DNA of 64,000 nucleotides, from positions 52,257 to 116,256 of the forward strand of contig JAZTWT010000004.1 in the NCBI GenBank assembly GCA_045636045.1, written 5' to 3'. This DNA comes from Candidatus Enterousia sp. GTDB lineage: Bacteria > Pseudomonadota > Alphaproteobacteria > Rs-D84. The notes under the pieces are model-generated. The model searched no databases. It was not told the DNA's origin and worked only from the letters and a program-made list of their open reading frames with translations. The translations under genes were made by a program, and so were the position numbers. Shown here piece after piece: positions 57,802 to 64,000 of the stretch (its first letter is position 1; the number at the start of each line of letters is the position of its first letter).

Positions 57802-59029
57802 AAAAACACCGATCACAACACCTGTTGTTGCAACTGCATCGAACCATAAACGTCCATCGTTAATTGGGCGCCTGTTTCGTTTTATCTGGCGCAAGAAATG
57901 GTGGTTGTTGTTAATTGGTGCTGTTGTAATTGCAATTAAATTAATTATGTCAGACCCTGCAAATAAAAAGGCGGAATATATCACGGTAAATATCACGCGT
58001 GGCGACCTGCGCCAGGTGGTCAGTGCAACAGGTGAAATTCGTCCTGTAAATACAGTTAATGTTGGTTCCCAGGTATCAGGAAATATCGATGAATTATTCG
58101 TTGATTTTAATTCCAAGGTAAAAAAAGGTGATATTCTGTTAACGATTGAACCATCTGTATTACAGGCATCTGTTGACGAGGCCAAGGCATCACTTGACAG
58201 TGCGATTTCTCAACGCAATTTTGCAAAAAGCGAATATCTGCGTGACAAGTCGTTATATGCCGAAGGCTTTATATCGCGTGCAGAAATGGAACAGAAAGAA
58301 GCGTCCTATAACCAGGCCGAAGCATCTGTAAAGCGTATGCAATCACAATATGACCGTGCGGTCACAAATCTGGGGTATGCGACAATTGTCTCGCCTGTTG
58401 ATGGAACTGTTATCTCGCGCAAGGTGGATGTTGGTCAAACCGTTGCAGCATCTTTCCAGACCCCTGATTTATTTGAAATCGCAGAAGATTTGACTAAAAT
58501 GCAAATAGAAACCGCCGTGTCTGAGGCTGACATTGGTGTAATCAAAGAAGGTCAGCCCGTATCGTTCACGGTTGATGCGTATCCAACAGAAACATTCAAT
58601 GGCACAGTGCGCCAGGTGCGTCTGGCACCAACAACAACATCAAATGTTGTTGTGTATACTGTTGTGATTGATGTAGATAATACAGATTTGCGTTTGATGC
58701 CGGGTATGACTGCATTTGTCACAATTATTATTTCTGAAAAAGATAATGTATGGAAGGCAGCAAATGCCGCATTCTTGGTACGCAGTTTTGCAAACTTCTT
58801 GGAAGCAGAAGATGTAAATGGTGCAACGCCTACGTCGCACTTGGCGTTGCTGCGCGAAGGTAATGTGGTATTGGTGCCATTTTCCAAGGGGTTGTCAACT
58901 GCAACTGAAACAGAAATCGTGTCTGATGAAATTGAAATGGGCGACAAAATTATTGTTGGGCGTATGGGAATGACAACCAGTACGCAAAAAACATCAATGC
59001 GCCCAATGGGTGGCGGACCGCGCAGATAA
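57782..59029 (+). CDS. Periplasmic adaptor (membrane fusion protein), HlyD/MacA family
   Basis: N-terminal TM anchor, lipoyl/biotinyl-like hairpin (GEIRPVNTVNVGSQVSGNI...GDILLTIEP), coiled coil, and a beta-barrel domain. Confidence 0.8.
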   Translation: MKKTNNKKTPITTPVVATASNHKRPSLIGRLFRFIWRKKWWLLLIGAVVIAIKLIMSDPANKKAEYITVNITRGDLRQVVSATGEIRPVNTVNVGSQVSGNIDELFVDFNSKVKKGDILLTIEPSVLQASVDEAKASLDSAISQRNFAKSEYLRDKSLYAEGFISRAEMEQKEASYNQAEASVKRMQSQYDRAVTNLGYATIVSPVDGTVISRKVDVGQTVAASFQTPDLFEIAEDLTKMQIETAVSEADIGVIKEGQPVSFTVDAYPTETFNGTVRQVRLAPTTTSNVVVYTVVIDVDNTDLRLMPGMTAFVTIIISEKDNVWKAANAAFLVRSFANFLEAEDVNGATPTSHLALLREGNVVLVPFSKGLSTATETEIVSDEIEMGDKIIVGRMGMTTSTQKTSMRPMGGGPRR

Positions 59030-59060
59030 AAAAATCCCACAAACGTGGGATTTTTTTTAA
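59027..59060. terminator. Bidirectional terminator (atcccacaaacgtgggat)
   Basis: Palindrome with A-run and T-run flanks between the adaptor gene (+) and the porin-like gene (-). Confidence 0.6.
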
Positions 59061-60082
59061 AATGTTAAACGCAGACCTGCGGAAAAGAACGGTGTTTGTG
59101 ATGTTGCGCCGCCTGACATCCACATATCTACATTTTCGCTGTATTTATATCTGAAAGAAGCGACCAGCATATTATCCTGGAAATTTGGTTTATCGCTGTG
59201 CCAAACACCGGTGTCTGAAAACATATATGTTAATGATATGCTGTATCTTAATAAATCATAACTGAATCCAGTCCCCAGGACGAAACCATCTGATGCTGTA
59301 TCGATTGGGTTCTGGTCGTAAATAACGCGTGCAGTCGTGGCCCAAATCCAACTGTTGTATTGCAGATTCATACCCAGTGACATTTGTGCGCGCCAATCTG
59401 CGGTGACGGCTGGTGTGTACACCTCGGGGTCGAATCCGTTTGGGTTATCCATAAAAGATGCACCTATTGAATATGCAGTTTTTACTTTTCCATTTGGGTG
59501 ACGTAATTTTATGCCTGCATCAATTGCCCAATCATATTCGTCTGAAAAACTGGTCGCAGAAAGACCGTATTGCACACCTGATTTTGAAGCGGTTGTCAGA
59601 TTGATACGTGGTGCGGCGCGTCCAGATGTCAGTGTTGTATCTGGTATAATCGGACCATCTGGTATAATTTTTTCGTTATATAATGGTCTGTCATTTATGC
59701 GCAGAGCGCCAACATCTGGTAATCCGACCCCCAATTTTCGCGCAACAGAATCTGTGTATCCAACTTCTATCCGTCCCAGGTTTTTTATCTCCCATAATGC
59801 AAAGGTTTCGCGCGAAAAGTTTCCTTTGTCTATCGCGGCCTGGTCCATCGCGTATACCAGCCCCAGTTTATGTGTATTGTTTACAGTATATGTTATTTGA
59901 CCACGTCCGCGCCAATCGCCAATAAATAATGTTGATTTAAATTCTGGTTCAATTATACCACCCGTGGCATATCCGGTCAGTTTTGCAGAAAATTTTCCCA
60001 TATTATATTCAATCGCAGATGCCATGCTTGGCACACAAAGAATAATTGCGCCCAGGGCAACAGAATGTTTTAAACGATTCAT
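59057..60082 (-). CDS. Putative outer-membrane beta-barrel protein (porin-like)
   Basis: Signal peptide ...SMASA, alternating amphipathic beta-strand pattern, and a C-terminal aromatic residue (…GLRLTF). Confidence 0.5.
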   Translation of the reverse strand: MNRLKHSVALGAIILCVPSMASAIEYNMGKFSAKLTGYATGGIIEPEFKSTLFIGDWRGRGQITYTVNNTHKLGLVYAMDQAAIDKGNFSRETFALWEIKNLGRIEVGYTDSVARKLGVGLPDVGALRINDRPLYNEKIIPDGPIIPDTTLTSGRAAPRINLTTASKSGVQYGLSATSFSDEYDWAIDAGIKLRHPNGKVKTAYSIGASFMDNPNGFDPEVYTPAVTADWRAQMSLGMNLQYNSWIWATTARVIYDQNPIDTASDGFVLGTGFSYDLLRYSISLTYMFSDTGVWHSDKPNFQDNMLVASFRYKYSENVDMWMSGGATSQTPFFSAGLRLTF

Positions 60083-60083
60083 G

Positions 60084-60998
60084 TTATTTATTTCCTTCGC
60101 TGTCTGTCAAAATTGCATCGCGCAGTTTTGCGTATGCACGTTCTTCAATCTGTCGTACGCGTTCGCGTGAAATTCCGTATCTTTGTGACAGTACTTCCAG
60201 TGTTGCTGCCGGTTGCTGCAGTCTGCGTGCGGTTAATATTTCACGGTCACGCTGGGACATTTTTTCCAGGTGCTTTCTCAGTAATTCGTATCCGCGTTTT
60301 CTAAATTCGATTTGTTCCAGTGTTTCTTCGATTGATTCGCGTCCGTCTGTCATATTTGACAGGATGTCTGTTGTTCCATCATCAGAATTTATTGGTGCGT
60401 TCAAGGATATATCACGCGCCCCAACGCGTGTTGCCATGCGTTGAACATCTTTCTGTGGCACTTCCAGGTATTCTGCAATTTGTTTTGTTTGTTCTTCGGT
60501 CAGATTATTATCCATAATACCCAAAGCGCGTTTTGCACGCGCCAGGTTAAAGAACACGCGTTTTTGATTTGCAGATGTTCCAATTCGAACGATTGACCAG
60601 TTGTTTAATATTGTTTCGTAAATTTCGGCCTTGATCCAAAACATTGCATAAGTTGAAAATCTGAATCCTTTATCTGGGTCAAATTTTTGTACCGCCTGCA
60701 TCAGGCCCATATTTCCACTGGCAATCAAATCGGCAACCGGAATGCCATAATTTTTATAGTCGTACGCCACAGACACCACCAGTCGCAAATGGCTGGCGAC
60801 CAATTTTTCTGCTGCAAATTGATTTCGGTCGCGTACCCATTGTGTTGCGAATTCGTATTCCTGTTCTGCGGTCAATACCGGTATTTTCTGGATATTCTGT
60901 ATATATTGTGCCAATCCGGTTTCGTCGCTGACCCCACGGGCTGTGACGATACTGTTTGATTGGGTTGCTGGTAAAGTGCTCTTGATTTCCTTGCTCAT
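60084..60998 (-). CDS. rpoH: RNA polymerase sigma-32 factor RpoH
   Basis: Sigma-70 regions 2-4 plus the RpoH box (QKRVFFNLARAKR). The start is ATG at 60998 (MSKEIKST...). The ORF-track N-terminal extension to 61199 is hydrophobic junk. Confidence 0.85.
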   Translation of the reverse strand: MSKEIKSTLPATQSNSIVTARGVSDETGLAQYIQNIQKIPVLTAEQEYEFATQWVRDRNQFAAEKLVASHLRLVVSVAYDYKNYGIPVADLIASGNMGLMQAVQKFDPDKGFRFSTYAMFWIKAEIYETILNNWSIVRIGTSANQKRVFFNLARAKRALGIMDNNLTEEQTKQIAEYLEVPQKDVQRMATRVGARDISLNAPINSDDGTTDILSNMTDGRESIEETLEQIEFRKRGYELLRKHLEKMSQRDREILTARRLQQPAATLEVLSQRYGISRERVRQIEERAYAKLRDAILTDSEGNK

Positions 60999-61052
60999 AA
61001 CTTTTATAGTATACCATAAATTAATAATTATCAAGCCACAGGAGATTTTATT

Positions 61053-61703
61053 ATGGCAACAATGTTGGAAAGAAATAAAAAGACAAAAGCACCACAAAAA
61101 ACACGTCAGGAATATGCAGAAGATGCCTTGTATCGCGAAGTCTGGGAAGATGTTAATAACGAAAAAACGCTGAAATTTATCAAGAAATATTCTCGTCACA
61201 TGATTGCGGCTGCGCTGGCAGTGTTGATTGTTGCAACTGGTGTTCAGATTGGGGTGCGTACATATCGTGCGAACAAAATTGCGGCCGCAACTGCGTATGA
61301 AATGGCGGTTGAAAATGTTGATGCAAATGCATTGGCGGCATTGGCAGAAAATACATCCGGTGCAACTGCTGACCTGGCATTGTTTCAGGCCTATATGATT
61401 GATGGTGATCTGGCAAAATTAGACCGCTTGGCCACAAACGGAAACACGCGCGATTTTCGTGATTTGGCAAAATTGCATATTGTTGGTGCGCGCGGTGATG
61501 AAATGTCGGCGGAAGATGTTGAAAAATATCTGTCTGATATGGATACAAAATCATCGCCATTTTATTATACTGCATCATTAACAATCGCCCAGAAATATTT
61601 GGCATCAAATGATACGGAAAACGCAAATAAATGGCTGGATAAAATTATCAACGATGCAGATGCACCTGCGGTTATTTCAGGGAATGCGGCGGCGTTGCGC
61701 TAA
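61053..61703 (+). CDS. YfgM-like membrane-anchored TPR-like protein (UPF0070)
   Basis: Single TM helix (HMIAAALAVLIVATGVQIG) followed by helical repeats. It lies directly upstream of a BamB-like gene, as in E. coli yfgM-bamB. Confidence 0.5.
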   Translation: MATMLERNKKTKAPQKTRQEYAEDALYREVWEDVNNEKTLKFIKKYSRHMIAAALAVLIVATGVQIGVRTYRANKIAAATAYEMAVENVDANALAALAENTSGATADLALFQAYMIDGDLAKLDRLATNGNTRDFRDLAKLHIVGARGDEMSAEDVEKYLSDMDTKSSPFYYTASLTIAQKYLASNDTENANKWLDKIINDADAPAVISGNAAALR

Positions 61704-61728
61704 AATATAAAACGGACAGGGGGAATCT

Positions 61729-62457
61729 ATGCGCAGGGGATTGATTGCGATTTGTTGTATGTTGGCACTGGCATCATGTGACAAGCATGATCCAATATTG
61801 CCAGGTGTGCGTACTGCTGTATTTAACACGTCGCGCATAGATGTAAAAAATCAAACAATTTCTGACATTCCAGAATCCGCATTTGTTGTTGATAACAGCG
61901 GTTGTTCATACACCCAAGATTCGTCGAATGTTATCTGGGATGGCACGCGCAAGGTGTTTTCTGGATTTCCAACAAACAATACTGTTGCCAGTAAAATGTA
62001 TCCCGTATGCAGTGGTGGGTACATATATGCAGGTTTGACAACTGGTGAATTGGTAAAATTGAATCCTAAAAACCGTCAAATTGCATGGATTGCAGATATT
62101 TATCGTGCCAGTAATTTAACCGGTGGTGCATCCATGGTTGATATTGTTGTGCCGCCTGTGCCGTATCGTGGTTCGGTGTATGTTGGTGGACTGGGTGATG
62201 CGTTTTGTCGCGTGAATGCAGCCACCGGCAATAAGGTTTGGTGTCTGGAAATATCTGTTGGGGTGCCATTTATAGTTGCTGGAAATTATTCGTTTGTTCT
62301 TGGGACGGATAATAATCTGTATGCGATTAAGTTGTCTGATGGTACGGTTGTGTGGCGCGCGGAAATGTTGCAACAGAACGCCTTGAAATACGAAGCAGGT
62401 GTTGTTTCTGTTGGACGTGACAGGGTAGATATTACGACCGGTAAAATAATTTTATAA
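61729..62457 (+). CDS. BamB-like lipoprotein with PQQ-type beta-propeller repeats (short, 242 aa)
   Basis: Lipobox LALASC. Repeated xGxLxxLNxxxxxxxW blades (GELVKLNPKNRQIAW, DAFCRVNAATGNKVW, NNLYAIKLSDGTVVW). Confidence 0.55.
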   Translation: MRRGLIAICCMLALASCDKHDPILPGVRTAVFNTSRIDVKNQTISDIPESAFVVDNSGCSYTQDSSNVIWDGTRKVFSGFPTNNTVASKMYPVCSGGYIYAGLTTGELVKLNPKNRQIAWIADIYRASNLTGGASMVDIVVPPVPYRGSVYVGGLGDAFCRVNAATGNKVWCLEISVGVPFIVAGNYSFVLGTDNNLYAIKLSDGTVVWRAEMLQQNALKYEAGVVSVGRDRVDITTGKIIL

Positions 62458-62514
62458 AAAACACTGGACAAACGAAAAAAAATATTATATTATTCATCCG
62501 CTGTTAAGGCAATC

Positions 62515-62591
62515 GGGTGTTTAGCTCAGTTGATTAGAGCATCTCGTTTACACCGAGAGGGTCGGGGGTTTGAGTCCCTCAACACCCACCA
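62515..62591 (+). tRNA. tRNA-Val (anticodon UAC)
   Basis: gggtgtttagctcagttgattagagcatctcgtttTACaccgagagggtcgggggtttgagtccctcaacacccaCCA. Anticodon loop is ttTACac, with a T-loop and CCA. A terminator hairpin (ccgcccatgtggcgg) follows. Confidence 0.88.
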
Positions 62592-62647
62592 CGAATTCTT
62601 CCGCCCATGTGGCGGATTTTTATTAACAATAAAGAGATGGTAGTTAG

Positions 62648-62878
62648 ATGAATAAAAGAACAAAAGAAGAATTAAAAGAACTAATGTACATTTTTGGTAC
62701 AGTTATCCTCAGTTCTATATTGGTTGTGCAATGTAATTCAGGTATGAGTGCGTTAATATCCCCTGATTGTAGAGAGTCAAAAAAAGAAAAAACATCAATC
62801 CAGGCAGATTCCACATGGACAAAAGTATCGCTTGTACATGATGATTTATATCGTGCGCACAAAGTAAAGTCGCGTTAA
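62648..62878 (+). CDS. Hypothetical small membrane protein (76 aa)
   Basis: One TM helix (MYIFGTVILSSILVV). A terminator hairpin (cgtccggtatggacg + T-run) follows the stop. Confidence 0.35.
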   Translation: MNKRTKEELKELMYIFGTVILSSILVVQCNSGMSALISPDCRESKKEKTSIQADSTWTKVSLVHDDLYRAHKVKSR

Positions 62879-62967
62879 AAAATCGTCCGGTATGGACGGT
62901 TTTTTTTGTGTTTTATAAAAATATAGTCTAAAATACGGAACGGTAATTATAAACCAAAGGGGAAAAT

Positions 62968-63606
62968 ATGAAGAAAATCGTATCATTATTCGCATTAACG
63001 GCGATTGTTGCAGGGTGTACAACTGTAAATCCATATACTGGTCAAACCCAGACATCCAAGGCGACATGGGGGACGGCGCTGGGGGCGGTGACTGGCGCGA
63101 TAATTGGCAGCACGCAAAGCAGCGAAGGGGCGTTGATCGGTGGCTTGGCAGGTGCTGCGGTTGGTGTTGGTACGGGGTATTATTTGGATGTCCAGGCGGC
63201 AGAACTGCGTGCAGAGTTGATGTCAACAGGTGTTCAGGTTGTCGAAGGTGATGATAGTATTCGTCTAATCATGCCGGGTAATATTACTTTCAAGACAGAT
63301 TCTGCAGATATTAACTCTTCGTTCTATCCTGTTTTAAATTCTGTGGCCAAGGTTTTAAATAAATACAGTAATTCAACAGTTTTAGTGTCTGGTCACACAG
63401 ACAGCACCGGCAGCGCGGAATATAATCTGAATCTGTCGCGTGAACGTGCCCAGTCTGTTGCGTCATATCTGCAGGGGCAGGGTATAAAATCAACACGATT
63501 CGAGGTGTTAGGATTGGGTTCATCAAATCCAATTGCATCAAACGACACTGCCAATGGTCGTGCCCAGAATCGTCGTGTTGAAATTAAAATTATTCCAAAC
63601 AAATAA
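62968..63606 (+). CDS. OmpA-family lipoprotein with glycine-zipper segment
   Basis: Lipobox IVAGC, Gly-zipper GAVTGAIIGS...GGLAGAAVGVGTG, and a C-terminal OmpA domain (LVSGHTDSTGSAEYNLNLSRERAQSVASYL). Confidence 0.8.
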   Translation: MKKIVSLFALTAIVAGCTTVNPYTGQTQTSKATWGTALGAVTGAIIGSTQSSEGALIGGLAGAAVGVGTGYYLDVQAAELRAELMSTGVQVVEGDDSIRLIMPGNITFKTDSADINSSFYPVLNSVAKVLNKYSNSTVLVSGHTDSTGSAEYNLNLSRERAQSVASYLQGQGIKSTRFEVLGLGSSNPIASNDTANGRAQNRRVEIKIIPNK

Positions 63607-63609
63607 TAT

Positions 63610-63642
63610 TGTTTAAGAAAATCCCCATCACATGATGGGGAT
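63610..63642 (+). terminator. Intrinsic terminator after the OmpA-family gene (atccccatcacatgatggggat)
   Basis: Long perfect hairpin followed by a T-rich stretch. Confidence 0.55.
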
Positions 63643-63647
63643 TAGAT

Positions 63648-63678
63648 TTTACAAAACACGCCCCGTTTGGGGCGATGT
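63648..63678 (-). terminator. Intrinsic terminator after skp (cgccccgtttggggcg)
   Basis: Hairpin followed by a T-run on the minus strand, directly after the skp stop. Confidence 0.6.
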
Positions 63679-63681
63679 TAA

Positions 63682-64000
63682 TTAGAAACCCTTTGGTGTA
63701 TCCATTTTTACTTTTGATACTTTCTTATCCAATGCTTTAACAACTTCGTTTGTAATGTCCAGATTTTCTGCATCTGCACCAATGCGTGCCATGCGACCAT
63801 CTACAACCAAAGACAATTTTTTCTTGGCGATAACGCCTTCGATAATTGGGTCCAGATGTTTTGTTTGTACATCTGCCAACGCCTTTTGATATGACATTTC
63901 GATACTTTGTGCGCGTTCTGTTAAATCGCGTTGCAGTTTTGTCACCTTGTTTTGATAGTCAACAACGCGGCGTTGCAATGCTTCACGTGATAAAACATCT
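63682..64000 (-). CDS. skp: Periplasmic chaperone Skp (OmpH), C-terminal part (5' end outside window)
   Basis: Coiled-coil OmpH-like sequence (…LQRDLTERAQSIEMSYQKALADVQ…). The frame stays open to the window edge. Confidence 0.6.
   Translation of the reverse strand, partial: DVLSREALQRRVVDYQNKVTKLQRDLTERAQSIEMSYQKALADVQTKHLDPIIEGVIAKKKLSLVVDGRMARIGADAENLDITNEVVKALDKKVSKVKMDTPKGF

Noticed and set aside
60999-61199. ORF-track N-terminal extension of rpoH (MTRIFLDKFQRFFVINIF...).
   Set aside because: Hydrophobic, Cys-rich and non-sigma-like. The conserved RpoH N-terminus begins at the ATG at 60998. The extension also overlaps the start of the divergent YfgM-like gene.

Overview
This is an AT-rich, gene-dense window of what looks like a small alphaproteobacterial genome, possibly an intracellular or endosymbiont lineage. 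It is made up almost entirely of housekeeping genes, with short intergenic regions punctuated by palindromic intrinsic terminators. I infer the taxonomy from gene content: a eukaryote-like type-2 IleS, an rsmG(gidB)-parA-parB block, an SspB(alpha)-like adaptor, Pal, and separately encoded TolC/MacA-like and MacB-type ABC efflux components.

The genes I recognise are:
- Translation and RNA processing: a partial rlmN 3' end, truB, rpsO, ileS, mnmG, metG, rnpA, infC, rsmE, rsmA, rsmG, der, def, fmt, truA, pnp and an rRNA pseudouridine synthase.
- DNA metabolism: xseB, mutS, nth, recR, recF, rmuC, comEC and a degenerate UDG-like gene.
- Lipid metabolism: fabG, fabD, accB, accC, gpsA.
- Envelope and export: yidD, yidC, lspA, mreB, pal, a D-alanyl-D-alanine carboxypeptidase with a SPOR domain, a YfgM-like plus short BamB-like pair, OmpA-family proteins, a porin-like protein, and the 3' part of skp.
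- Other: rpoH, parA-parB, a CPA2 antiporter, a HAD hydrolase, an SspB-like adaptor and queH.
- Four tRNAs: Thr-CGU, Val-GAC, Cys-GCA and Val-UAC.

I found no CRISPR array, rRNA, transposase or integrase. The parts that are not ordinary core genome are:
- An orphan type IV coupling protein (VirD4/TraG family) followed by a small ORF and an extremely AT-rich tail.
- A stand-alone radical SAM enzyme downstream of pal.
- A roughly 150-bp nested-palindrome element next to tRNA-Val, upstream of a tiny XRE-type HTH gene.
- Two small orphan genes beside tRNA-Thr, each with a near-consensus sigma70 promoter, a Shine-Dalgarno sequence and its own terminator.
- A family-4 UDG homolog that has lost the catalytic motifs.
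- An infC gene with an apparent AUU start codon.
- Two parS-like palindromes between rsmG and parA.

Several ORF-track start positions are too long or begin on non-ATG codons: mreB, recF and rpoH were shortened, and the hypothetical 9357..9632 gene, xseB, parA, the UDG-like gene and infC were also re-positioned. The corrections are given per feature.
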